Shown piece by piece: positions 28,312 to 43,860 of a DNA stretch of 64,000 nucleotides (position 1 is the stretch's first letter; the number at the start of each line of letters is the position of its first letter). Under the pieces are notes generated by a model. It did not search any database. It saw only the letters and a program-made list of their open reading frames with translations, and was not told the origin of the DNA. Position numbers and translations under genes: made by a program. The DNA comes from the human T2T-CHM13v2.0 reference genome, Homo sapiens, in assembly GCF_009914755.1 (NCBI RefSeq), contig NC_060930.1; one strand, written 5' to 3'.

Positions 28312-30026
28312 CTCCCTCCCACTCAACCAACAACAGGAGTGAAAAAGCTACAAGATTTCCACCTCTGTCTTCTCCCAAAATCCACTCCTATTGCTTTTAT
28401 GAAATTGCCCTTTGGCATGAGGCCATTATCTTTGATTGTAGCAAAGATGCCCCTATTATTAATAAATGTGTTGCTGTATCCACATTTAGGATGTTGCTTG
28501 TTACATGACATGGGGTCCAGCTTATGAGAACCTCAAGGGAAAGCATTCTCTCTAGCCTCACTATAAGGAGTACTTTTCCCAAATAGTTGTTATGTTTGAA
28601 TCTTATGAATATTGAATCTTATAAATTGAATTTATGCTTTTGTTGCTTGAAATCATAGAGAGCCAAATTTGTGACCCATAGATAACAGGCATACAAAGTG
28701 TCATTAATTCATTTATTTTTTCAGGTCTCCAACAGGGATTAATGAAAGATTTAAAATATTCCCAATTGCCCTACCTACTTTTCTTCTATGGGTATATACT
28801 GACATCCAAATGGTGTTCATACTACCTGTTTGAATTGCTGTTTTAATTGGCCTATTTGAGATTTTTTTCCTTTCTTTTAAAAATATTGTAAACTCACCTA
28901 TAAACTGAAGGAATGATTTCAGGGTGCAGTAAAAGAATGGAGAGAATACCCACCATGGTAGTAATGAGCTTGAGTCTCATATTTTAAAGGGACTGTAAGT
29001 TTAGCTTTGCTCTGTCACTGGAACAGAAGTGTTGTAAACACTTGAAAATCATGACATCCAGGCTTATGCTCCCTTTGCTCCATCCCCTTCTATAAACCTT
29101 CATTCGTGCCCTTCAAAATATGAGAAAATTGACCTCATTACTATTTATAGAGATTTTACTTCCACAAAAGCTCAAGGCTCTTCAGGGGCTCTTAATACTA
29201 CAGCACCTATTGCAAAGATTTAAATCAATGCATTATTATATATTCCAAAATATTCTTGTAAAGAAGGAGTATACCACATTCCCACTTTACTAGTTCAAGG
29301 AGAAGAAAGAGCTCTGAATCCACACTTAAATAGCTGCCTGAAAGGGAAGGATATTCTAATAACATTGGGCAAAGCCTACTGCATGTCACAGACCATTCTG
29401 CTTGAGACAGAATAAGGTGATGACAGACTATTTACACACATACCCAGTACACAGGAGAAAGGGCTGTATACCCGTTACCCCCATCTTTGACTTTCTGTTT
29501 TGATGACTAGTTTTCTTTAGAAACAAACCCTCTCATTGTAATATAAGTTGCCGTTACATATATGCATCGGAACACATGTATATGTACCTCTTCTTTCTCT
29601 TGGTATTATATAATAAAAGTCTAAAGTCATGTTTATCATGACATACCTTTATGTAGAACAAAAATTCAGAATTTTAAAAAAATTAGTGAGTAGTATAGCT
29701 AGAGGAAAGAAAAGAGAATACTTTTTACACACTGAAGTAACAGACTGATGAGTTTAGAAATAGGGGTCATGGAAACAAAGGTTTGGTGAATTTCTAAAAG
29801 GACAGAATTGAATTATTATTAAGCCTCACACTATTTACTGCATAGGAGTTAATGCCAATCTCTGTGAAGAGCTGGTAGACATTTTTCTTTCATACCTAGG
29901 GGTTAGGCCTCTATCTGGATTTTTTATTCTTTGTGTGTTTTAGATTTTGTGTGTGTGTAGCCAAGCATCAAAGAAGTTCACTCAAAACAATTATATCTCA
30001 TATTACAAGGAATTTTGAATTAAAGT

Positions 30027-30326
30027 CTTTTTTTTTTTTTTTTGAGACAGAATCTGGCTCTGTTGCCCAGACTGGAGTACAGAGGCCAGATCTTGGCTCA
30101 CTGCAACCTTTGCCTCCTAGGCTCAAGCGTTATCCTACCTCAGTCTCCCGAGTAGCTGGGACCACAGATGTGTGCCACCACACCAGGATAACTTTTTTGT
30201 ATTTTTGGTAGATGTGGGGTTTCGTCATGTTGACCAGGCTGGTCTCGAACCCCTGGGCTCAAGGGATCCACCCACCTCAGCCTCCCAAAGTGCTAGAATT
30301 ATAGGCATGAGCCACTATATCCAGCC
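30027..30326 (-). mobile_element. AluJ
   Basis: Poly-T followed by a dimer with ctgggctcaag. Confidence 0.93.
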
Positions 30327-32648
30327 TTTTTTAGCTTTTCTTCAAATGAATGTGGTAACAATTAAACTGACAAGACTAAAAAATTACTGGAAGGCATTTG
30401 GCTGAACTACATGCTAATTTAATATCATGCAACTTTAAATATAAAAACCATTCATACAAAAGAAGTCTTTTTTTTTTTTAGCAGACCAGTTTTAAATATG
30501 CAGTATCTTACAATTTTTAAAAAATAAACTTTTGATCTCATATCTGTCTTCTACTTTATTCTGAATAAGAACTAATATTATTGCTTTAAAGTGATATAGT
30601 GATATGAATTAATTCCCTTGAAGAAACACCAAAGATGAAGGGATCAAAGTGGAATTCTGATATACTTTTTGATCAAAGAAGTAGGTTTTATGCTATTAAG
30701 TAAACTTAAGCCTCAACTATATAATAGATTTTTCACATTAAAATCCAAGTGTTTTTGCCTTTGATGATCTCTGTAATGCCTATTTCTGCCTTGTGACTGT
30801 TAACTTATTAGAGGTAATTCTGCTTTAGCTACCTTGGGTACCATATTAGAAGACAATGCCTAATCTAGAAGTGTCTCTTATTCCTCCAAAGAAAAATTGT
30901 TATGTATATTTCATATTTACTGAATGTTATTGTAGCCCATCATTTTGAAAGGGGGGTAATATAAAATAGTATATGAATCACTGATAGCTTCCTTTAAACC
31001 CAGTGTTTGTCATATGTACTATATTTGCCAACAATTCTGGGTAGGTATTTGCAGTAATTTTTTTAAAAAAGTCATTTTCATGTATGTGTCTAGCCCTGAA
31101 AAGACAAAAGAAGGAAAAGTGGCCATACTGGTTTAATCTGAGCCAGTATCTGACCTGATTGCTTTTATTCAAGAAGCCATATATCAATCAGGCTTGATTT
31201 CCAAGAAATGGTTTATGTTTGAAGCATAGGCTGTTCATTGCTTTTAACAGCAAAACACAGAAACTGGAAAATAGTTTTTAAATAGAGTCAGCCCATGTAA
31301 TTTCTGAGCATAATCTTTTTATAAAATTTTTACAAAAATCTTGCCTTCCAACTTTTGCTTTCCAGTTGAACCTAATCACTTTGTGGGTTTTGATGATCTA
31401 GCAGGTATGAAGCACTATACATTAAATGCAGTGTTGACAAAGGAAATTCACTAGCAAGGGTTTCATTAACTGAGGATTAAGCTAAAACCCCTTCCCAGAA
31501 TTGCCAATAAATGAGACTCTAATCTAAAATTTCACATTAAGTTTAGTACAACTAAAACGTGTGTGTTCGCACATGTGTGTGTGCTTGTTGAACGAGTGTG
31601 TATGTGAGTGAGGGAAAATCCCAAAATGAGTTAAATTTTTTTTATTATTTAGTTGGCTGGGAAAGTACAAATTTTTCTTGTAAGTATAATGCACTAAGCA
31701 AGGGAAAATCCTACAACTTAAACATACTCAGTGGACCCATCCAAGCAGATGCATACATATACGTAATTGTTCATACCCAAATATAAAATTGAGAGATTTG
31801 AAAGGGGAACTCTTTACCACCTTATATGGGTGGGCTTAGGCCTGAATTGAAGGAATACATTTCATATTTATTTTACACAGTGGAGACTTCTAAAAGGCCA
31901 TTTGCAAGGTTGATTCTAAAAATGCCGCTCTTAAAAATATTTTGCAATTTTCCTTGCATTTTCTATTATATTTAGATGTGATTATGATTATTAAACTACT
32001 CTGAGGTAAGAATAAAGATTGCTTGAACCTTGCTGATTTTTTTACATTACTGATTTAAGTATTTTTTAAGGCAAAATTGGTTATAAATGAACATATCTAC
32101 ATAAATCTAACTCATGATTACATACAAATAATTTGCTACTTATTAATCATATTTTTTAGCTAAGAATATAAGCTTTACAATTTTTTTTGTCTGAGTAATT
32201 TGGATTGATGCTTAAATTTGATGGTTAATGGCTTGTAAAATTTTAATTGTGCTGTTATGATCTAATTTTCAATCATGAAGGTTGTGACGAATTTGTAGAT
32301 GTTTATAAAATAGTAGTTCTGTGAGCTTCAAATGAACTCCGTGGAAAATTTGGTCCAGTCCTTGCTCTGAAGCTGATAAATAATATCCCCTGCTTGAAGA
32401 TGAGTCAACAAAACTTCGAGAAGTTAAATGACTTGCTCCAGATATTGTGTTTTGTTTGTATACTGTAGATGTGGGATTAGAACACAAGTAACTTTCCCAC
32501 CATCTTTTTCAGTTTCCTTTATTGCATCACACCACATTAAATTATTTAGTCCATCAGTTCATCATTTTTCATTTTAAGAAAGTTTAATATAATTTATTAA
32601 TTCCAAACACATCTGGAATACAGAATCTTATAGAAATTCCATATACTT

Positions 32649-32968
<320 letters not shown>

Positions 32969-34854
32969 TCATTTTTCTGTTTGACATAATTAAGAGCAGT
33001 AGATATGATTCTAATAAAATTGGGTGCATTTAAAAGTATTGTTCATGTATACTTGTTTTGCATATTTTTGTTCCCAAGGAGTTTTGATTCCATTAACTAT
33101 ATTGAAAAGAAAAGGCAAACTAAAGTTTCAAATGCTTTACTTCTCTCCACTAAATATTAAAGAAAATAACTTGGACTGAGAACTAGGAAGAAATGACAAA
33201 TAAGAAAAGTTCGTGATTAAAGGTTTTCAAATTATATGACTAGATCTGCTACTCCAGCATTTCAACAAAAAGCTCCATTTTCTATCTCAGATGAGGGTGG
33301 TCTCAAGTCATCAGTGGCTGATCTGACAGAGTAAATCTGAAACAAATTGCTGCCACAATAATCCTTCCCTGGTATGACATGCTAATAAGGAAGAAAATCA
33401 CAAGTGTCTCAAAAATGAGTTGATTTAGTTGGTGAAAAATACATTCATTATCATTAATGAGATGGATGAATGTAATCTCTTTTATCCTTACACTTAAAAA
33501 TAATTTTAAATAAACAGGTATATTGATCTGGATGAAATAAATGATCATCTAATTATTTTTCATAATTGTGAACTTTTAGGAATAATCTTATTAGATGAAC
33601 ACATTTTGTTTGATCTTTTGCTTTTTAAAATTGCTTATTATTTTCATACAAAATGGCATTAAATGAATTAATAGGACCATGTAAAATTCAAATAAAGTTT
33701 AATGAATATCTAAGGCTGCCAACCAAAGAAGCATCATCGTTCAAATGTTTCTTTGAGATGAAAATTGCAAGCAATGAATTATTAATGCCCAAGTTTGTTT
33801 CTCATTTCTGACTGTGCATCTGAATGATCATCCCATGTGCCCACTAGAATAACATTTTATATGACACTCCAGGGCTCCCATAATGATATCACAATTATTG
33901 GCTAAATTAAAGGTCTAGTCATTAAACTAGCAAGAGTTGCATGGCAGGTTAAAAGGTATATATATATATATATGTACCCTGGTAAAAGCAAGCACTATTC
34001 TTTTCAAAGTCTTGGAAGGTCTTTAATGAGAAGTATAACTTTTCATTCTAGAATTCAAAAGAAGTCTTAAAACCAAAAGTGTAAGTGGTTTGCCTCAGAT
34101 CCTTTTAGATGCTTTCCCGAGTATAGTTTTTTTGCTAAGGAAAGAGTTTTGAACTAAACAAAGGGATATTAGCTATATGGCAGGATAGGTGTGAAGGAGA
34201 TAGCATGAAGGCAGGCTAAAGTTTAGCCTGGCATAAACTGTGCAGTGAGGGTTGCCTTTAAGATACCTGTTCACTCCTATCTTGGATACCTGATACCAAG
34301 CTACTCACTGGGTGATTATAGCCTTTTACTTCAGTACCCTACATGAATCTGTTCTGCTGGCATATTAGGAGGCCTAGAACATTCCCAACCTCCTCCTAAC
34401 ATCAAAATGACTTCTCCTGCATTTGGTTCCTCAAGAAAAGTCTTAAAGAAAAGGGAATGACTAATCTGAAAAATGAAGCTTTGCCAGGTTCAGTGATCTA
34501 GATGTATTACTCCTTCCCGGACAAATGAGACCATGCATCCTGAAATTCTTGACCCAGAGGCACTTCCAATGGCCCTGTGGGAAGATAGTTTATTTGGAGC
34601 AAGGGCAAAGTCCTAAAACAATTCTGAATAGACAACTTCTTACTCTGCCTATACGCAGGTCCCTGTGTCTAGATATTCTATTGTAGTCTTCAAAAAATCT
34701 ACACTAGATTGAGGCTTCTTTCAGCTGAGACCTAGCCTTTCCTAACAAGCAGGACTTTTTGGTACCGATCTAGTAGCCTATTATCTCAAAAGAGATTTTA
34801 AACATTTTATTAAGGCCATACATTTTCATGGTAACTTCCATAGGAGCAAATAAA

Positions 34855-35090
34855 TATCTACTGTGTTTTAGGTACTGATTTCAGTGTTTCTCATGCATTA
34901 ATTTTGATAATTCCTACTTTAACGATCTTTACCTTAATAATTTATTGTTGTTTTCTTATTATCCCTGTTTTATAGATAAAGAAATTGAGGCAGACAGAGG
35001 TTAGAGGATTTGAACTGATGTTGCCAGGACTTGAAACCAGACAGTGGCTTATATTAGAGTCTGTGTTCTCAGCTACCATACTATCTGCTG
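34855..35090 (-). mobile_element. MIR
   Basis: ttattatccctgttttatagataaagaaattgaggcagacagagg. Confidence 0.7.
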
Positions 35091-35348
35091 TTCTGCTGAT
35101 GACCTGCGGAAAGCTTCATTCACTGGCAAAAGAGAAGTAAGCCCAGGGAGGTGTCTTTGCAACGTTGCTTATCTCTGTAATTGCAATTGCCACTTTGTCC
35201 TATAAATTTCACATTTCTGTGTTCCACTGGAGTATGATCTTCTTGAAGACAAGTACTTTACTTTATTCATCTTTGTTTACTGTTTGTAAAATGAATGAGT
35301 TTATGTTATTTGTGTTGTGGAGGGCAGGGCAGTAAAAGTCAGAGTTAT

Positions 35349-35375
35349 TTAGGAGAAGATCTGATCTTCTCCTAA
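35349..35375. repeat. Perfect inverted repeat, 13-bp arms with 1-nt spacer
   Basis: ttaggagaagatc-t-gatcttctcctaa. Confidence 0.95.
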
Positions 35376-35841
35376 TGAACCTGCATGGCTATCATTAGAC
35401 TCAAGGAGTTGTTTTTTAAGTAACTGGCACTGTCACCAAGTCTGAACTGGGCCACTGCTCTCTCAGTAATAAGATTGTAGAACAAAGACATACTGTGTCT
35501 TTCATGACTCAAACATCAGTTTTGAGAAAACCCTCAAAGCATCGATTTTTAGCAAAACAAGAAATTTCAAAAATCCAATTGAAGTGTACCAAGTATTTGG
35601 ATACGACCTGAGTATAGGGGACAGAAGATCTTGTTAAACCAAACCACAGACATACAGTTGGCAATATCCAGAATATGAGAAAATCTACAGGACGAATGAC
35701 TAGGAGTCTTCAATAAGTAAAAATGATGAAAAAATAAAACAAGAGGGAGAATCTACAGATTTTTTAATGAGGGTTAAATAACAAATCTGCTTAATGCCCT
35801 GTGTGAATACAGACTTTAACAAATTAAAAAAAAGCAAAACA

Positions 35842-36111
35842 GGCCAGGTATGGTGGCTCATGTCTGTAATCCCAGCACTTTGGGATCGCTTGAGCTCAGG
35901 AGTTTGAGACCAGCCAAGGTAACATGGCGAGACCCCGTCTGTACTAAAAATACAAAAAAACAGCCAGGCATGGAGTGCATGCCTGTGGTCCCAGCTACAC
36001 TGGAGCCTGAGGTAGGAGGATCACTTGAGTGTGGAGGGCAGAGTTGCAGTGAGTGGAGATTGCACCACTGCACTCTAGCCTGAGTAACAGAGCCAACCCT
36101 GTCTCAAAAAA
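35842..36111 (+). mobile_element. AluJ with small left-monomer deletion, inside an old L1M 3' fragment (~35590-36410)
   Basis: ctttggga joined to tcgcttgagc; flank gtatttaggaatgaaatgatatgatgccttggatttgctttaaaat is L1M-like. Confidence 0.85.
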
Positions 36112-36529
36112 TTTTTTTTGAATAGTGGTAGGATCTTTGGTAATATTAAGATACTACTAAGGACTTGCTAATTTAGATGCAAAAATGGTATTTTTAAATG
36201 TTTTCTAAAAAATAATTGATTTCTGTTAAAGACATACTGCAAGTATTTAGGAATGAAATGATATGATGCCTTGGATTTGCTTTAAAATTCATATTGGATT
36301 TACCATTCATTAAAAATTATTTAAGGTAGGTCATGGGTACGTACATGATGGGTAAACTCATCTCATGACTTTTGTATGATTTAAACTTTTTGAGAATAAT
36401 AAGTTAAGAAAGACATTTTCAGCTAAATGGCTTATAAATCCAGTATGGTTTTTTGTTTTGTTTTGTTTTTTTAATATGAAAACCTGGTCTGGAATTGAAC
36501 AGTTTCTTATCATTCATTGGTCAGTTACT

Positions 36530-37045
36530 TTGCTCTAACAGTTATATATTGCTCTGTACCAAACCATCCTAAAAATTAGAGGCTCACAATAATGACTGTC
36601 ATTTATTTTGTACCTCAGTTTGTCATTTGAGTGATGCTAGCAGGGATAACCCTTTTTCGTGCCTCCTAGCATCAGAAAGGGCAGCTCCCCGGGGGTCTGG
36701 AGGGTTTACTTTCAAGATGACTCATTCGCATTGGCTGGCAAGTGGGTGCTGGCCGTCACCTTGAAGCTGCCAGGACCGTAAACCAGGGGCCTTGGTTCCA
36801 GTTGACCTGGGCTGCTTGGGCTTCCTAGGAGCGTGGTGGCTGTGTTCTGAGAGCCAGTGTCCCAAGAGACAGGAAGTAGATCTCGTCAGTTTCTTAAGGT
36901 CTGGGCTCAAAAGCTGACACAGTGGCATTTCCTTTGTCTATGGGTCACGCCGCCCCACAGCCCAGGCACAAGGAGTGGAACACGTGCTCCACCTCATAGT
37001 AGGAGGGTGTCAAGAGTTTTGAGGCCATGTTTTAAAACTGCCTTC
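36530..37045 (-). mobile_element. MLT1 (F/G/H-like) solo LTR
   Basis: actttcaagatgactcattcgcattggctggcaag; gccatgttttaaaactgcc end. Confidence 0.7.
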
Positions 37046-37118
37046 TTTGCAATCACTCACAGAGCCTCAGGTGTCAAACTACAGAACTGTTTTATGAAAA
37101 TAACTAGAATAGATGTAA

Positions 37119-37440
<322 letters not shown>

Positions 37441-38169
37441 GGGCCTAGATATTTAAGCGGCACCTCTTACAGTAGGCCCAGCAAATGAGTATAGATGGTG
37501 TCCACCTTCAAATAGGTAATGTTAGGGCAGGCCAAGGTAAGAAAGGGTGAAACAAATCACTAGAATAGTTTGTAATGGCTGGAAGTTGAAGTGTAGAAAA
37601 AGGGAAGTTACACTGTCTTCCTAACATTATTCCTGGGTGGCAGATAGGACTTCAGCTAGCTGGGCCGTCAGGCACTGGCTCTCACTCCTTTTTTCTGCTA
37701 GTTGTGTGGCAATACCAAGTAGGCACAGTCACCCAATTTTACTCACAAATATGGTGAGGACAAGAGATTCTGAAGCAGCATGGAGAGTGTGGAAAGATTG
37801 GCAGTGGACAAATTTGTGGATAAGATTCAGGGCTAAAGGAATTATTTGGGAGACGGAAGTGGTTGTACTGCTTGGTGTGTACCAGACAATGAAAAACTTG
37901 GATTTTCCTCCAACAAGCATGAGTACACTTATCCAGCTAAAATGTTCTCAAGGTTAGAACCACAAGTAAATAATGATTTGAAATGTAAATTATTTTTCTT
38001 GTAACTCTTTTCTAGCTCATTTTTTTAACTATGTTTAGTTGCCAACAATAGCTCTTGGGAATTCTTTTCTGCTTAAGTGATATTCATCCATCTGTCTTTA
38101 AGAAATTATTTTAATTGGTACATTTGCTTTGTTACCTACTTCTGATGGAACTTTCATTTTAGACACCTC

Positions 38170-39290
<1,121 letters not shown>

Positions 39291-39944
39291 CTTTTAATAT
39301 TCCTTTCCTTCAAAAATACCTTGAATTCAGTATCTTCTACATTCTATATAAGGTGATATTTGTGTACTTTTTATATCTTTCTGTACTTATCACTAGTTTA
39401 ACATGGACTGTTCAGTTGGTTAAGTTGACAGTACATCAGTATCTCTCAGAATCTTGCTGCCCCAACAACTCTACTGAAGACTGCTTTGGGGAAATCACAC
39501 CTTTTTAATGGTTATATACTCTCCTTACTCTCTTCCTTTCAATCCTTGGATTCAAGTTCCTCTAACCACTCTCACCTTTTTGACATTTTTTCTTCTTTTA
39601 GTTTTCTCTTTCTCTTTGTTTCGTTTACTCCTGCGACGATGTCTTTAGTCTCAGGCATTTCTCACTCTGGTGTATGGCTCTCAAATCAGTCACTCTTAAT
39701 CGTCTCAAGATTTCCCTTCAAGAAATGCTTCTTTCCTTTTTCCGTATTGGTGACCTGTCCATAGGCCTCTGGTTATTCACTGTTTTGGAATTAAGTGAGA
39801 TTACTTTGATAAACTATTCTCAGCAACCTATTGCCATTTTTCAGCTCCTTCTAGAAATTATAGTAGAAGACATCATTATGTGGTAGCTGTTACATGCCAT
39901 TCTCTGCTGGGCTCTCAGGTTACAGCAGTAACAGCAGCAGTAGT

Positions 39945-40130
39945 AGCAGTAGCAAAGCCTGATGCATGTGCCAGGCACAATTCCAAGTGTATTATGCATG
40001 TATCAAGACATTCGATCCTTACTACAGTACCATCCAGGTAGGTACAATTATTATCTCCACTTAGTACCTGAGCAAAGTGAGATACACTGGGTAACTTGCC
40101 TAACATGTTGGAACTAGTAAATGGTTAAAT
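39945..40130 (-). mobile_element. MIR
   Basis: atgtgccaggcacaattccaagtg...attattatctccactt...taacttgcctaa. Confidence 0.7.
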
Positions 40131-40816
40131 TGTCAACCAGGGACACATTTGTGCACCAACCAATTTTCTCTTTCATTTCACCACTTTGGTGTCCCTAAGT
40201 TGTACTTGTTCAATCAAAGCATGTTACAGATGTGCAGCCCTGTTTTCAAGGGTTCTTAACATCTTTTCTGTAATATAGATTACATCCCAATCATGTAAAT
40301 GAAACAGGCATTCTTATTTACTAAATGCATAAATATTATAGATGACTTGTCATAGGAAACAAACCTCGAATTTGACCTCTGTGAGCTCTGTATATTTCCT
40401 CTTATTACCTGTGGCTTTTCCTGCTTAAATCCCACATGGGCTGAGAAACTCTTACTGGAACTTCATACAATGATTTAAGGGGAAGTCAGTGAGCACTTCC
40501 TATTGAACTCTGCCTTCCTGGTGGTCAAAAATTTGCAAAAACACAGATGAGCATCAAATGATGTTTGGAATTTGAGGTCTAATCTTAGTCTTTCTGGAAG
40601 TGTCCAAGAAAACGAACCTTCTGAATGGCTGAAGCCTACCTACTTAAACTCATTGTGAGGATTTAATTGGATGGGTAGGCTACTTGCTGGCCATTCTAAT
40701 TACATCAAAACTTACTCTGACCACTGGGGCCTGCTATAATAATATGAACAATACATTTCTTTTTGTCAGAAAGCCATCACTTTTCTTCCAAGTATTGGAT
40801 CTATTTAAAAAATTTC

Positions 40817-42189
40817 AAGTCTCCCACGATTATTTTGTGGGAATCTAAGTCTCTTTGTAAGTCTCTAAGAACTTGCTTTATGAATCTGGGTGCTCCTTTA
40901 TTGGGTGCATATATATTTAGGATAGTTAGCTCTTCTCATTGCATTGATCCCTTTACCATTATGTAATGCACTTCTTTGTCTTTTTTGACCTTTGGTGGTT
41001 TAAAGTCTGTTTTATCAGAGACTAGGATTGCAACTCCTGGTTTCTGTTTTTGTTTTTTTTTTTTGCTTTCCATTTGCTTGGTAAATATTCCTCCATCCTT
41101 TTATTTTGAACCTATGTGTGTCTTTGCACGTGAGATGGGTCTCCTGAATACAGCACACCGATGGGTCTTGACTCTTTATCCAATTTGCCAATCTGTGTCT
41201 TTTAATTGGGGCATTTAGCCCATTTGCATTTAAGGTTAATATTGTTAATATTGTTAATAATATCAAATGTGTGAATTTGATCCTGTCATCATGATGCTAG
41301 CTGGTTATTTTGCACATTATTTGATGCAGTTTTTTTCATAGTGTCATTGGTCCTTTACATTTTGGTGTGTTTTTGCAGTGGCTGGTACTGGTTTTTCCTT
41401 TCCATATTGAGTGCTTCCTTCAGGAACTTTTGCAAGGCAGGCCTGGTGGTGACAAAACCCCTCAGCATTTGCTTGTCTGGAAAGGATCTTATTTCCCCTT
41501 CACTTATGAAGCTTAGTTTGGCTGGATAGAAATTCTGGATTGAAAATTCTTTTCTTTAAGAATGTTGGATATTGGTCCCACTCTCTTCTGGCTTGTAGGG
41601 TTTCTGAAGAGATATCTGCTGTTAGTCTGATGGGCTTCCATTTTTAGATGACCTGACCTTTCTCTCTGGCTGCCTTTAACAGTTTTTCCTTCATTTCAAC
41701 CTTGGTGAATCTGACAATTATGTGTCTCAGGGTTGCTCTTCTCGAACAGTATCTTACTGGTGTTCTCTGTATTTCCTAAATTTGAATGTTAGCCTGTCTT
41801 GCTAGGTTGGGGAAGTTCTTCTGGATAATATCCTGAAGTGTGTTTTCCAACTTGGTTCCATTCTCTGTGCCACTTTCAAGTACCCCAATCATAGGTTTGG
41901 TGTTTTCACGTAGTCCCATATTTCTTGGAGGCTTTGTTCATTCCTTTTCATTCTTTTTTCTCTAATCTTGTCTGCATGCCTTATTTCAGCAAGGTGGTCT
42001 TCAATCTCTGATATTCTTTCTTCTGCTTGATTCATTCAGCTTTTGATACTTGTGTATGCTTCACAAAGTTCTCGTGCTGTGTTCTTCAGCTCCATCAGGT
42101 CATTTATGTTCTTCTCTAAACTGGTTTTTCTAGTTAGCAGTTCCCGTAACCTTTTATCAAGGTTCTTAGCTTCCTTGCATTGGGTTAGA
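40817..42189 (-). mobile_element. L1PA inverted segment: 3' part of ORF1, inter-ORF region, ORF2 endonuclease N-terminus (ORF2 ATG ~41289)
   Basis: Translation ILTLNANGLNAPIKRHRLANWIKSQDPSVCCIQETHLTCKDTHRFKIKGW matches the L1 ORF2 EN domain; disrupted. Confidence 0.95.
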
Positions 42190-42340
42190 GGGAGAGCATC
42201 AGGACAAATACCTAATGCATGCAGGGCTTAAAATCTAGATGGTGGGTTGATAGATGCAGCAAACCACCATGGCACACATATACCTTTGTAACAAACCTGC
42301 ACATTCTGCACATGTATCCCGGAACTTAAAGTAAAATTTA
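42190..42340 (+). mobile_element. L1PA 3' end (PA8-PA11-like), sense partner of the inverted segment
   Basis: gggagagcatcaggacaaatacctaatgcatg...cacatgtatcccggaacttaaagtaaaat. Confidence 0.9.
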
Positions 42341-42638
42341 AAAAAATGTTCAGACTGGCCACTATCCGTGTATGTAAAGAAGTGCTTCCTGGCATCCCAG
42401 CAGCACTGATGGCCAGCTGTGCCATGGGAGGAGCAGCAGTGAGATGTGCTATTGGATGAACTACATCCACAAGGCCAATCTGTTTGAAATAGATTCAAAT
42501 GTTTGTATTCTATCACTGTGCAACCAACTGACATTTCTGTATAAAAACTTCAAACTTGTTCTTTGGAGAGCCATAAGAATCAATAAACATGATTTGCTTT
42601 TTTTTTCAATGTGTCTATTGTCATTTAGCTGTTTATGA

Positions 42639-42952
<314 letters not shown>

Positions 42953-43102
42953 TTTAATGCTTTTTTTTAAGAAAAAACATCTATTTTGGGGGAAGAAATT
43001 TATTGTGACAATGTATTGTACTTGACAAATTTTAGTTATCAGTTAAGTTTAATTTCTGATAGAAACCCTATCAGCAACTGTATTAAAATTTTATACATTC
43101 TT

Positions 43103-43413
<311 letters not shown>

Positions 43414-43575
43414 TCATGGTGGAAAGAGTTGAAATGTGAATGGTCAGTAAAAACTTGTTTCATTTTCTAATCATATTACCTGCTTTAAAAACAAAAATCA
43501 TGTTGTCTAATTTCTTATTATATAATGGAAAGAAAGGTCATCTAGGATATTAGCCTCTTTTAAAAAAATCTTGTT

Positions 43576-43860
<285 letters not shown>

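Noticed and set aside
28950-29060. Possible ancient tRNA-derived SINE (MamSINE1-like) fragment
   Set aside because: Only a short motif (gtttagctttgctctgt) resembles the recalled consensus; cannot be supported without a Dfam search
41015-41266. L1 ORF2 endonuclease ORF
   Set aside because: Short disrupted fragment of a truncated, inverted L1; not retrotransposition-competent
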